A stretch of 63,990 bases of DNA, the filler included, from an uncultured bacterium (GTDB lineage Bacteria; CAZSTA01), in the NCBI GenBank assembly GCA_964609495.1. It is 7 parts of 7 records of this genome, joined end to end, with 100 filler letters (N's around TTAATTAATTAA, not from the genome) between each part and the next. Parts side by side here need not be neighbours in the genome. Positions count along the whole stretch, not along the records: positions 38,934 to 48,465 come from CAZSTA010000140.1; positions 48,566 to 58,072 come from CAZSTA010000141.1; 5 more parts are not named here. One strand, given 5' to 3'. The translations under genes were made by a program, and so were the position numbers. Below the pieces are notes generated by a model, which searched no databases, was not told where the DNA came from, and saw only the letters and a program-made list of their open reading frames with translations. The stretch's first letter is position 1. Each line of letters opens with the position of its first letter. Shown one piece after another: positions 40,759-50,640 of this stretch.

Positions 40759-42360
40759 CTATGCCTGCTCGACTTCTAGTTCTTTTTGGGAGATAGTCTT
40801 CAACAGTCCATATTCGATGCTATCGACGAGCGCCTGCCAACTCGCCTCGATGATGTTCTCCGAAACTCCCACCGTCTCCCAACTCTTCCCATCATTACTC
40901 GATTCAATAAGCACTCGAACCAATGCGGCGGTCCCGGCCTTCTCATCAAGGACGCGCACCTTAAAATCAGTTAATCTGATATCCTTCAAGGCAGGATAAA
41001 TTTGCTCTAAAGCCTTTCTCAAGGCTCGATCCAAGGCATGAACCGGCCCATCTCCTTCGGCCGCAGTGTGGACAACCTCATCTCCTACCCTCACCTTGAT
41101 AGTAGCCTCGGAGAGAGTAGGAAGATCACCCTTCTTCTCTACGATTACTCGGAAGCCTTCCAGATGGAAGAAGGGATTATGCTCTCCCATAGCCTCTCTC
41201 ATCAACAGCTCAAAACTGCCCTCAGCCGCCTCGAATTGGTATCCCTCATACTCCAACCGCTTCAACTTCTCTATGATCTCGCGCGTATGGGGGTCATCCT
41301 TATCAAGGTCCAACCCATACTCCGTGGCCTTGTAGAGGATACTGCTTCGTCCAGATAACTCTGATACCAGAACTCGCCGGTGATTCCCCACCTTCTCTGG
41401 ATCAATATGCTCGTAAGTCTGAGCCGCTCTTTGAACCGCTGAGACATGTATACCTCCTTTATGAGCAAAACTGCTATGTCCCACATAAGGTTGACGCTCA
41501 TCGTGGCTTAAATTAGCCAGCTCGCTCACATATCGAGAGAGATGCGTTAGGTTCGCTAGCATTCCATCCCCTAAACATCTCACTCCCATCTTCAACTCCA
41601 AGTTGGGAATTACTGAACAAAGATTTGCGTTTCCGCATCGCTCGCCATAGCCATTGATCGTCCCCTGAACATGCTCAACTCCAGCCATCACCGCAACTAA
41701 GGTGTTAGCAATTGCAACCCCCGAATCGTTATGAGCGTGAATTCCCATAGGCACGTTCTTGAAGAGAGCGAGCATCTCCTCGACAATGTCTTGAAGCGGA
41801 ATTGTCAGCACTCCTCCATTGGTGTCGCATAATACTAAACAATCGGCAGATGCCTCCTGGGCAACACGTAACGTATCAACAGCATAATCAGGATTATTTT
41901 TGAAGCCATCAAAGAAGTGCTCCGCATCATAAATAACCTCCTTGCCCAATTTCTTAAAATATGAAACGGAGTCGGAGATCATCCGAAGGTTCTCCTCCAG
42001 TGTAGTTCTAAGTGCCGCGGTGACGTGGAAATCCCAACTCTTGCCGACGATGGTTACCACTGGAGTATTTGAAGCGGCTAAAGCTTTGATATTATAATCA
42101 TCCTCAACAGGAACGTTCGCTCGTCTGGTACTTCCGAAGGCAGCGATCTTAGCGTGCAGAAGAGGGACATCCTGAATAGCTCGAAAGAACTCAATATCCT
42201 TGGGATTAGATCCTGGCCAACCTCCCTCGATATAATCTACTCCTAGCTCATCCAATCTCTGGGCTATCTTTATCTTATCCTTTACTGAGAAGGAGACCCC
42301 CTCTCCTTGAGTGCCATCTCGCAAAGTCGTGTCATACAATCTGACTCGCCTCATCGTCAA
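40759..42360 (-). CDS. cimA: citramalate synthase (LeuA/CimA family)
   Basis: [50 protein letters not shown]; Ile-specifier T-box upstream. Confidence 0.9.
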   Translation of the reverse strand: MTMRRVRLYDTTLRDGTQGEGVSFSVKDKIKIAQRLDELGVDYIEGGWPGSNPKDIEFFRAIQDVPLLHAKIAAFGSTRRANVPVEDDYNIKALAASNTPVVTIVGKSWDFHVTAALRTTLEENLRMISDSVSYFKKLGKEVIYDAEHFFDGFKNNPDYAVDTLRVAQEASADCLVLCDTNGGVLTIPLQDIVEEMLALFKNVPMGIHAHNDSGVAIANTLVAVMAGVEHVQGTINGYGERCGNANLCSVIPNLELKMGVRCLGDGMLANLTHLSRYVSELANLSHDERQPYVGHSSFAHKGGIHVSAVQRAAQTYEHIDPEKVGNHRRVLVSELSGRSSILYKATEYGLDLDKDDPHTREIIEKLKRLEYEGYQFEAAEGSFELLMREAMGEHNPFFHLEGFRVIVEKKGDLPTLSEATIKVRVGDEVVHTAAEGDGPVHALDRALRKALEQIYPALKDIRLTDFKVRVLDEKAGTAALVRVLIESSNDGKSWETVGVSENIIEASWQALVDSIEYGLLKTISQKELEVEQA

Positions 42361-42400
42361 TTTCCCCCTTTATCGAAATATTATCCTGATTTATAGAAAT

Positions 42401-42662
42401 AAAAAAAACCTCGTCCGAGAAAGGGACGAGGAATCTCGCGTTACCACCCTAATTGATCGAATATCGATCCACTCAACAGGTACAGGATAAACATACCCGA
42501 TACCCTCTCCCTCTAACGGGGGAGAATCGGCCCCGCCTACTCCTCATCAGTTTCAGCTAGCAACTCCAGGATGATTTTCAGTAGGTTCAGGGAAGTGGCT
42601 CTCACCTGGTAGCACCTCTCTGTTTCCCCTAACTCTACCTACTCTTTCCCTTCTTCGTCTTT
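42401..42662 (-). ncRNA. T-box riboswitch, Ile (AUC) specifier, with intrinsic terminator
   Basis: AGTA, CAGAGAG, GGTGAGA stem-I motifs; specifier loop GAAAATCA (AUC at 42573-42575); T-box AATTAGGGTGGTAACGCG (42437-42454); terminator CCTCGTCC..GGACGAGG-T8. Confidence 0.92.
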
Positions 42663-42680
42663 CGACTATATTTAGCAGAT

Positions 42681-42709
42681 ATTATATCACAAATATGAAT
42701 AATTGTCAA
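42681..42709 (-). promoter_or_regulatory. cimA leader promoter
   Basis: TTGACA-17 nt-TATAAT with extended TG. Confidence 0.85.
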
Positions 42710-42752
42710 TAGTCTTTCGCCTAAAATTCGTAAAACTTCTTTAATCTAAAGG

Positions 42753-43724
42753 CTACCTTCCAAATAAACGCTCAATAACACTTTTCTTTTTCTTCCTTTC
42801 CTCCACATCAAATCCACCTTCTCTACGAGCTATGCGGTGATTAGGATCTATCTCTAATATCCCCTTATATTCCTTCTTCGCGGCTTCGTTCATACCTCGC
42901 TTCTTATACGATCTGGCTAACTCTAACCTATAATCTATATTTTTAGGATCATTGCTTATAGCTCTCTTATAGTCTCCAGCAGCTCTCAAAAAGCCTCCCT
43001 CCTGTCGAAGGTGACTCCTAGCTAAATAAAAATAACACTCAGCACTAAATTGAGGAGAAGGTGATAAGCTTAAGGCCTTAGAAAGCTCATCTAACGCCTG
43101 GCTATACATAGATTTAGAGAAGTAGTCCATACCTCGCAGGAGATAAATTCGAGCTCTATCCTCCCTAGATGGCTTGAGAATAGAAGTAGAGGTTGTTTTT
43201 TTAGGAGTAACAACTTCCCCAGTAGCTATGGCCTCTCTTTTCAAAGTCTCAATATATCTACGTCGCTCCTCAGGATTGCGAAGGATCTTCTTAGCTGCTG
43301 AGATCACCCTGAACCTAGCGGTAGCTATAGACTTCTGACGAGGATCCTTAAATTTATCGGGATGAAATACCTTAGCTAGGGTTCTATAAGCTTTCATTAT
43401 GTTATTGTCACTAGCCGAAGGCTCAAGTCCTAATACCTTAAAATAGGGGGGATTAGACGATAAGCTAAGTATATCCTTAATAGACTTATTATATTCCTCT
43501 CTCCTTACCGGATCGCGTAGCACCTGAAAAGCCTTCTGGAGAACATCGGATAGATCTTTAAGCCAAGCTCTCTTCTGAGGATCATTGGTGTTCTCCGAAT
43601 CTAGCACTTTTAATAAGAAAGCGCAAGTCTCTTCGAGTTCCTGAGGAGGCGAATCTGGACGAACCCCAAGTATCTCATAATATGTCAGCTCTCTTTCTTT
43701 CAAATCCATAACCCTAGCCTCCAA
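42753..43724 (-). CDS. protein with two J domains and C-terminal TPRs
   Basis: YYEILGV first J-like domain (no HPD); YFKVLGL...FHPDK second J domain; TPR helices. Confidence 0.8.
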   Translation of the reverse strand: MEARVMDLKERELTYYEILGVRPDSPPQELEETCAFLLKVLDSENTNDPQKRAWLKDLSDVLQKAFQVLRDPVRREEYNKSIKDILSLSSNPPYFKVLGLEPSASDNNIMKAYRTLAKVFHPDKFKDPRQKSIATARFRVISAAKKILRNPEERRRYIETLKREAIATGEVVTPKKTTSTSILKPSREDRARIYLLRGMDYFSKSMYSQALDELSKALSLSPSPQFSAECYFYLARSHLRQEGGFLRAAGDYKRAISNDPKNIDYRLELARSYKKRGMNEAAKKEYKGILEIDPNHRIARREGGFDVEERKKKKSVIERLFGR

Positions 43725-43976
43725 ATATAAGCAACCCTTAGGAAGTAACTACTCAGGCTTGTCATCTTCTATATCTCTCTAATCAACTTATATTGTTTAT
43801 ACCCAAAATCACTATAGCTTAGACCTTGTCAAGGATGTGATCCATCTGTATCATAGGTTACTATCTGATTCTCACTTAGCAGTTCTCTGATTACCTTCCC
43901 GCTCTTATCTCCCCCCTCCCCTCTAGCACCCTTATCGCTTACAGTCAAGATACTAACTCTAATCATTCCCTAGTAA

Positions 43977-44333
43977 TTAATCTGGATTGAAAAGGTCACC
44001 TCTGATAGTAGATATCGGGAAAGCGAACATTATCCCCGTATTTGGTTTACTAAAATCGCTTAGTATCCTCGATACCGCCTCAGAAGCCTCCTTTAAAGTG
44101 TCATCTCCTTCGACGATGCTGAAGATAGTCTTACTCCGTCTTCGTGCTCCCTCCTCCCAATCCAATTCTCTGAACATCGAACCCCCCCCAAAGATATAAT
44201 GCTCCATCCCCTCACTATCTAAGATCGTTGCTCCTTTAATCCCTATATCCTTAAAGGCTGTTAATATATCGGGCAAAAATTCCGTTCGGTTAAGCACTAC
44301 AAAGAGAGCATAGATTTGTTCCCGTTCCTTCAT
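43977..44333 (-). CDS. P-II-like protein
   Basis: GIKGATILDSEGM...KTIFS...PNTGIMF pattern. Confidence 0.7.
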   Translation of the reverse strand: MKEREQIYALFVVLNRTEFLPDILTAFKDIGIKGATILDSEGMEHYIFGGGSMFRELDWEEGARRRSKTIFSIVEGDDTLKEASEAVSRILSDFSKPNTGIMFAFPISTIRGDLFNPD

Positions 44334-45470
44334 CTACTTTCTCCCCCTATATTCCATCGCTTTTCGGACCCTATCCATAGCTATAGATAGAGCTACATCA
44401 ACTGGAGCTTCCTTGCGATTCCAACTCTCCTTGATAATGAGCAGGGTGTTTCTCCTTATCTTTTCTCGAATCATTGTGAACATCTGCTCCTCGGTACCGT
44501 TGATATACTCTACATAGGAAGAGATCAAACCTCCGGCACTGGCAATTATATCGGGCATCACTAAGATTCCTTTATTGTGAAATTCTCTCCTTATCTCATT
44601 AGTCGTGGGGATATTGGCTCCCTCCACGATCAGCTTAGCTTGGACCATATTTTTATTGCTATCATCAATAGCATCGGGACGAGCACCTGGGATAAGCACC
44701 TCAACCGGTAGGCCGAATAATTCCTCCTTCTTTAAAACATCTCCTTCTTTATAATTTATTACCGCATTCGTCTCCCTCTTCACTCGTAGTAACTCCATCA
44801 CATCCAAACCATTCTCGTTATAGATACAACCTTTAGTATCGGATACAGCTACTACCTTCGCTCCCTTCATCGATAGGGATTTAGCTGCGGCTGTTCCTAC
44901 ATTTCCAAAGCCCTCGATAGCAACAGTTGCCCCCATCACGCTTTTTAACCCGATATCGGCAAAGCGGATAGCTACATCAGCAGCCTCTACAGTTCCATAT
45001 CCAGAAGCCCCCAATTTCTCCGGTAAGCCATGTAATTCAGGTGGTTTTCCTGTGCAAGAATGGAGTGAACCATTCTCATCAGCGAAGGCAGCCATCTCTA
45101 TATCGGTGATGCCCATATCTGGACCCGGAACATATTCACTGGGGACTAGATTTTTAAGTCTCCGAGAGAAGACTCTGAGCAGAGCTATCTTTTCCTTATG
45201 CGGAATATGAGAATCTGCCTTGATCCCCGACTTAGCTCCTCCAAAGGGGACCTCGGCAAGGGCGGCTTTCCAAGTAACATTGCGCGCTAACTCAAACGTC
45301 TCACGCACCGTTATATCAAAAGAGAGCCTTATTCCGCCTTTTCCCACTCCTCGAGCGGTGTTATCAATCACCACGATTCCTTTCAACCCCGTTTGAGGAT
45401 CGGTAACAAGCACTATTTTCTCTGGACCCCATTCATCTAAGAAATCATCTATCGCAAGCCCTTGAATCAT
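44334..45470 (-). CDS. Glu/Leu/Phe/Val dehydrogenase, probably glutamate dehydrogenase
   Basis: GKGGIR, WKAAL..PFGGAK, GPDMG, GFGNVG, EGANIP. Confidence 0.9.
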   Translation of the reverse strand: MIQGLAIDDFLDEWGPEKIVLVTDPQTGLKGIVVIDNTARGVGKGGIRLSFDITVRETFELARNVTWKAALAEVPFGGAKSGIKADSHIPHKEKIALLRVFSRRLKNLVPSEYVPGPDMGITDIEMAAFADENGSLHSCTGKPPELHGLPEKLGASGYGTVEAADVAIRFADIGLKSVMGATVAIEGFGNVGTAAAKSLSMKGAKVVAVSDTKGCIYNENGLDVMELLRVKRETNAVINYKEGDVLKKEELFGLPVEVLIPGARPDAIDDSNKNMVQAKLIVEGANIPTTNEIRREFHNKGILVMPDIIASAGGLISSYVEYINGTEEQMFTMIREKIRRNTLLIIKESWNRKEAPVDVALSIAMDRVRKAMEYRGRK

Positions 45471-45534
45471 AACTTCACCTCATTGATACCAAAGCCTCTA
45501 TAGCTTAAGATCTACCAAACATTATCTGTTAATA

Positions 45535-46269
45535 TTATCCTCCAGCCAATTTACATATTATGATACTGATTCCATATAGAATTAACAAAGGCAAGGCTAA
45601 CATAAGCTGAGTGAAGATATCAGGAGGAGTAAGGATAGCCCCCAGGATGAAGATCGTCAAGATAGCATACCTAGCATTATGTATCATAAATTTAACATCG
45701 ATTAATTTGATAAGGGTTAGAAACAGGACCAAAAGGGGCATCTGAAATACTATTCCAAAAGCAAATAACATCTTAATTATAAATGATAGATAATAGTTGA
45801 GAGTGATATTAGGCTCGACTCCCCCTTTAGCAAATCCCAAGAGAAAATTAAGCCCTAGGGGAAGAACTTTCCAGTAAGCGAATAGGGCTCCTAGAGTAAA
45901 AAGGGTCATAGAAAATAGGGCGAAGGGAACAGAATATTTTCTCTCCGTTTTCTTCAAGCCTGGAGAGATAAATCCCCATAGCTCGTAGAAGATAAGAGGT
46001 AGAGCTAGATAAACACCAGCAAATAGAGCCACTTTAATATTTACTATAAATGCTTCTGCGGGATAAAGTATCTTTAAAGGCTCTCCTAGGGGCTTTCTTA
46101 ATATCTCGATTATATCACCAGCGAAAAAATAAGCACCTATTGCAAAAACTAAAGCTGTAGCGAGGGAGATTATGATTCGCCTCCTGAGCTCCTCCAAATG
46201 CTCGATCAGCGTCATCCCACTTTCTTCTTCCTCTTCCTCCAACTCTCTCTCCTCTAGTTCCTCCTCCAA
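45535..46269 (-). CDS. tatC: twin-arginine translocase subunit TatC
   Basis: MTLIEHLEELRRR, W.FISPGL..E, FG..FQ.P, LTPPD. Confidence 0.95.
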   Translation of the reverse strand: MEEELEERELEEEEEESGMTLIEHLEELRRRIIISLATALVFAIGAYFFAGDIIEILRKPLGEPLKILYPAEAFIVNIKVALFAGVYLALPLIFYELWGFISPGLKKTERKYSVPFALFSMTLFTLGALFAYWKVLPLGLNFLLGFAKGGVEPNITLNYYLSFIIKMLFAFGIVFQMPLLVLFLTLIKLIDVKFMIHNARYAILTIFILGAILTPPDIFTQLMLALPLLILYGISIIICKLAGG

Positions 46270-46353
46270 TCTCTCACCTCGCTTTTAAAACGATAGTTGC
46301 TTAAACTACTTAGGAGAGCAGAAATTAACCGCGATCATCTCTATATAGATCGT

Positions 46354-47043
46354 TTATTCTCTAACTATATAGACCTTATCCCCATTATTCAATAGAGCCG
46401 CGTTAGCCTCATCCGTATCCAAATGCATCTGAAGCACAGTCCCCTCTTTGACCCTTATCAGAACATTATCGAAGATAATACTTCTCAATCCTTCTGTCTT
46501 AACCTTGACCCTTTCGCCGTCCTTGACTCCCAGACGTTCAGCATCCTCAGGACTCATATGAATATGCCTATCGGCTAACATAACGCCTTTTTCGAGCCGA
46601 ACCGCCCCCTCTGGGCCAACTAGTGTTAGAACCGAATATAGATCCTCCCCTCCAAAGCCATCCACCGGGGGACGAATCCCCAATCTATACGCATCAGTTT
46701 TTGAAATCTCCACCTGGCTGTGAGATCGTAGAGGGAATAAAATACGCACTCCATCTATAGAGCTTCTAGATCCTACTAGGGTAACAGCTTCCTTAGCGGC
46801 ATACTGATTAGGTTGATAAAGTTCACGCAAAGCCTGAAGTTCATACCCGGGGCCGAAGAGGATATCCAGATGTTCTCGGCAAAGGTGAACATGCCTATTG
46901 GAGATGCCCACTGGGATCCCTTCATCTAAGGGCTCAGCCTTTCGCTCCTCCTCAGCGAGAGCATCTCTAGCCTTAAGCTCCTTTATGACTTCATCTGTTA
47001 TGATCTCGATGAGTTTATCCTCCTCCAATATTATACCTCCCAT
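46354..47043 (-). CDS. pduL: phosphate propanoyl/acetyltransferase PduL
   Basis: GISNRHVHL, RHIHMSP.DA, MHLDTDEANA; N-terminal amphipathic extension. Confidence 0.93.
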   Translation of the reverse strand: MGGIILEEDKLIEIITDEVIKELKARDALAEEERKAEPLDEGIPVGISNRHVHLCREHLDILFGPGYELQALRELYQPNQYAAKEAVTLVGSRSSIDGVRILFPLRSHSQVEISKTDAYRLGIRPPVDGFGGEDLYSVLTLVGPEGAVRLEKGVMLADRHIHMSPEDAERLGVKDGERVKVKTEGLRSIIFDNVLIRVKEGTVLQMHLDTDEANAALLNNGDKVYIVRE

Positions 47044-47060
47044 CTTCGATTTATCCCCTG

Positions 47061-47264
47061 CTACTTATAGACCTCTATTGCTATATCAGGACACATTGTC
47101 GCACAAAGAGCACAACCGGTACATTTCTCTTCGTTTATGAACATAGCTGGCTTATATCCAGAAGTATTGAAATAGTCAGCTATAACGACCAATCCTCTAG
47201 GACAAGCAGTGGTACACAGTTCACATCCCTTGCATCTCTCTTCATCTATTACGATCTTGGGCAA
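47061..47264 (-). CDS. 2x[4Fe-4S] ferredoxin (2-oxoacid:ferredoxin oxidoreductase delta-subunit-like)
   Basis: CKGCELC..ACP and CTGCALC..MCPD. Confidence 0.92.
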   Translation of the reverse strand: MPKIVIDEERCKGCELCTTACPRGLVVIADYFNTSGYKPAMFINEEKCTGCALCATMCPDIAIEVYK

Positions 47265-47457
47265 GGTTATCCCTGACTCCTAAAGCCAGGTTTCACCTCC
47301 TTCCAGGATAAGAAATCTTATTTCTAAGATTATAATTTTAACTTAACTATTATACAATAATTCTTCTATTTTGACAAGATTTCCTTCGCTATTTTTAATT
47401 CATCTATCGAAATCACCAGAGGAGGATCAATACTTTAGATCGCCTTCTTTATCCAAT

Positions 47458-47552
47458 AGAAAAACCAACCACTTTAAAGGATGGCTGGTTTCACTATTAG
47501 CTATCTATAATCCAAGTGACCAGATACAGATTATAGATAATAGCCCCCATCC
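47458..47552 (-). ncRNA. c-di-GMP-II-like riboswitch (variant) with overlapping terminator
   Basis: P1 GGAUGG/CCAUCC; long stem UCUAUAAUC/GAUUAUAGA; loop CUGGUCACUU pairing with AGUGAAACC; terminator AACCAGCCA/UGGUUGGUU-UUUCU; promoter TTGATT-17-TATAAT at 47582-47610. Confidence 0.7.
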
Positions 47553-47655
47553 AGGCTGAGAATTATTCCTACTTTGTTTTTATTATATCATAATAATTTT
47601 CTAAAATCAAGAGAAATATTCGCCATCTCCATAAACTCTCTTGTAACTCTGATAG

Positions 47656-48465
47656 CTATTTAACAATCCCCAACTTATTCAGGGCGGATACTTTCCTCTC
47701 CTCATCTCTAGCCTCTACCCTGTAGATATATACTCCATTATCCACTAACTCTCCTCTCTCATCCGCTCCATCCCACTCATACTCATTATATCCTACCTCT
47801 CCCGGTAATCCCTCTATCTTCCTCACTAACTCTCCTGCTACTGTGTAAAGCTTCAAAGTTACTCTCTCCGCTTCCTTCGATAGCACATAGCTAAATACTC
47901 CTCCTTCTCCTTCGGTGTAATATCTCAGCTTCTGCAAAGCTAATACTGATTTCACTTCCACTCCTACTCTCTCCTCTTCTCGGTTCCCTAGCTGGTCATA
48001 GGCTATCGCTACTATCTCATACTCCCACTCCTCTAATCCTTTCACTTCTAAGCTACTCTTTCCCTCCCCTCCTTCTATATTCTCTCTCTTCTCTTCGGCT
48101 AAGGCTTGGCTTTCTCCCTCTCGATAGATACCTAACAGGATATCCCTTATCCCATCCTCATCTTTGACTATCGCTTCTATCTTGCTATCGGAAGGAAGAT
48201 AATCTCCCTCTAATACTCTCTTCCCATTCACTCTTACTTCTATCTTGGTAGAGGAGCTATCTTCCTCGGTCTGCTCATTCTTCTTTATCAGGAGCAGAGG
48301 AGAAAGACTCAGACCTCCCATCCCAGCTCTCGCTCCGATAGTGGTATGTCCTCCTTGAGGGAATCCTCCACTCCAGTTCCAATACATCGGTTGCTCCGCT
48401 ACTATCGGGGCACTCGCCACTATCTTGGCACAGAAGGCATCTCCCAAGCCAGGGAGGAGATGAGC
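47656..48465 (-). CDS. C-terminal part of a large secreted protein with DUF5719-like repeat end and FlgD Ig-like C-terminal domain
   Basis: PIVAEQPMYW..GGH..IG; YTVAGELVRK...WDG.DE.GELV.NGVYIY; truncated by linker. Confidence 0.7.
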   Translation of the reverse strand, partial: AHLLPGLGDAFCAKIVASAPIVAEQPMYWNWSGGFPQGGHTTIGARAGMGGLSLSPLLLIKKNEQTEEDSSSTKIEVRVNGKRVLEGDYLPSDSKIEAIVKDEDGIRDILLGIYREGESQALAEEKRENIEGGEGKSSLEVKGLEEWEYEIVAIAYDQLGNREEERVGVEVKSVLALQKLRYYTEGEGGVFSYVLSKEAERVTLKLYTVAGELVRKIEGLPGEVGYNEYEWDGADERGELVDNGVYIYRVEARDEERKVSALNKLGIVK

Positions 48466-48565
48466 NNNNNNNNNNNNNNNNNNNNNNNNNNNNNNNNNNN
48501 NNNNNNNNNTTAATTAATTAANNNNNNNNNNNNNNNNNNNNNNNNNNNNNNNNNNNNNNNNNNNN
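48466..48565. other. artificial contig linker
   Basis: N run with TTAATTAATTAA. Confidence 0.97.
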
Positions 48566-48724
48566 CCGGGAGTTACGAGTGGCGCTGATCGGTCCGACCC
48601 AGATCTTGGAAGAGGAAAGGTTGACGGAGGAGGAGATCGCAGAGCTGAGAAAAAATGTGGAGTCGAGGGATCGGTGAGCAATTTGGAATCTACTGAACTT
48701 ATGTTAAGTTAGAGGGAGAAAACG

Positions 48725-49867
48725 ATGAAGATAATACATATTTCCGATAGCCATTTGGGATATACCGCCTATAGAAAACTCGATCCAGAGACGGGAGTTA
48801 ATCAGCGAGAGGAGGATGTCAGTAGGGCTTTCCAAGAGGCTATTGATAAGATTATCGAGATAAAGCCCGATGTCGTTCTGCACTCTGGCGATCTGTTCGA
48901 TAGCGTTCGTCCTAGCAATAGGGTGACCACCTTCGCCATTCGCCAACTCCTTCGCTTAGTGGGTGAGAATATCCCGATGGTGATGATATCGGGCAACCAC
49001 TCCACCCCTCGACGAAGAGGAACGGGAAGCATACTTTCCCTCTTCGGCTTCTTTCCTCCTCTTCGCCCAGTATATCGAGGAGCTTATGAGAAGATCAAGA
49101 TCGGAGATTTGATGGTGCACGCTATTCCCCAATGCCCTTCTTCTGCCCAACTCGAGCAGGAGCTTAAGAAGGTAGAGATAGATCGGGAATCTAGATACAA
49201 CATCCTGATGCTTCACGCGGCGGTGGCTGGTTTAAGGGAGTTCTCGATGCATGAGTTCAATGAACAGGAAGTAGCAACGAGTTACCTAGATTCTAACTTC
49301 AGCTACATAGCTTTAGGGCATTATCATAAGTTCACTCGAATCCAACACAATGCTTACTATGCAGGGTCGTTAGAGCGATTCTCCTTCAATGAAGTCGGAC
49401 AGGAAAAGGGATTCTTGGAGATAGATTTGGAAAAAAGACCGCTCCAGCCGATATTTCATAGGTTAGAAGCTCCCCGACCGATGATCGATCTCCCCGATAT
49501 CGCTGGGAAATTTATGAGCACCAGTGATCTGATGAAGGCTATCGAGAGGGCGATAGATGAGAACGATCCGACTGGGAAGATAATGAGATTGACGATTAAT
49601 AATATTCGCACTCCTCTTTATAACTCCCTCGATTTTGGGAGGATAAGGCGTCTGACGAGCTCTGCGATTCATTTTGAGCTTCGCTATCGAAGGTTGGAGG
49701 ATGACTCGGGACAGGTGCAATCATCATATTCCGCCATCGGGCAGTTGGATCAGGAATTCACCTCTTATCTGGCTAAGGTGCAGTTGGAGGGTTTGGATAG
49801 GGAGAGGTTAAAGGAGCTAGGCTTGAAGTATCTAGGTGAAGCTAAAAATAGAGGTAAGGGAGAATAA
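48725..49867 (+). CDS. sbcD: SbcD/Mre11-family DNA repair nuclease
   Basis: DSHLG, GDLFD, GNHS, ALGHYH, YAGS.E. Confidence 0.9.
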   Translation: MKIIHISDSHLGYTAYRKLDPETGVNQREEDVSRAFQEAIDKIIEIKPDVVLHSGDLFDSVRPSNRVTTFAIRQLLRLVGENIPMVMISGNHSTPRRRGTGSILSLFGFFPPLRPVYRGAYEKIKIGDLMVHAIPQCPSSAQLEQELKKVEIDRESRYNILMLHAAVAGLREFSMHEFNEQEVATSYLDSNFSYIALGHYHKFTRIQHNAYYAGSLERFSFNEVGQEKGFLEIDLEKRPLQPIFHRLEAPRPMIDLPDIAGKFMSTSDLMKAIERAIDENDPTGKIMRLTINNIRTPLYNSLDFGRIRRLTSSAIHFELRYRRLEDDSGQVQSSYSAIGQLDQEFTSYLAKVQLEGLDRERLKELGLKYLGEAKNRGKGE

Positions 49868-49984
49868 TCATAGATCAATATCTCACCGAAGCAATTCCAA
49901 GCATATGAACTTCGTGTTAGAAATAGGTTATTCTCGGTTTTGTGATAGCGAGTTCAAGATATAATTTCCCCCTTACCCATAATC

Positions 49985-50470
49985 TTAATCTTCTAATAGA
50001 GATAAGAGCCTCTCCATATCCTCTTCATAAGGAGTCTTCTCCCCTGGAGGAGTAGGTTCTCTTGTAATCCCTTCCTCCCTCTCTCGACGAGCTCTATCTA
50101 AATTATCACCAACTACCTTACGTAGCATCTCCAACCTCTTCTCCGTGGCACTTGCGGTAGCAATAGCTTCCTTCGCCTCCTTTTCGGCGCTCTCAGCGGT
50201 CTACTCCGCTTGTTGAGCTCGAGCCTCCGCTGGCACTCGTCCGAAGTAGTAGCCGAGGACAACCCCGACCAACCCCTCCATAAATAAGAGGATATCCTTA
50301 GCATTCGCCGCATATTTGCCGAAGAAAGCTAAGAGAACGAAAAAGAGGGTGAAAGCTACTATTACTATCCCTATAATTGCGGTGACTTTCTCCTTGAAGA
50401 CTTGAAGTTCTTCCGCAGTCGTCCTGCTTTTCTTCTCTACTATCTCGGTCTCCCTCTCTTCCTGATTCAC
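49985..50470 (-). CDS. two-TM membrane protein with helical tail, interrupted by in-frame TAG at 50201-50203
   Basis: AAGGAGG RBS; after the TAG the frame stays open for 71 codons (TAESAEKEAKEAIATA...LLSLLED) to TAA. Confidence 0.6.
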
Positions 50471-50640
50471 AGCTTATCCCTCCTTATCTTATTATTAACA
50501 ATAGGGGGAGCTTAAAAACTCCCCCTTCAAAAGATCGACGCTAATCTTCAGTGAGCTATCACTGAAACAAACTACATGATTTTGGGATATAGTTTTCGTG
50601 ATCTGCTCCCGATCTCTTGATGGTTTTTGATTTTCTAAAA

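Noticed and set aside
47656-48300. Strong purine skew on the coding strand as a sign of a DGR or repeat
   Set aside because: Explained by Glu/Gly/Lys/Val-rich coding; no template repeat or reverse transcriptase in the window
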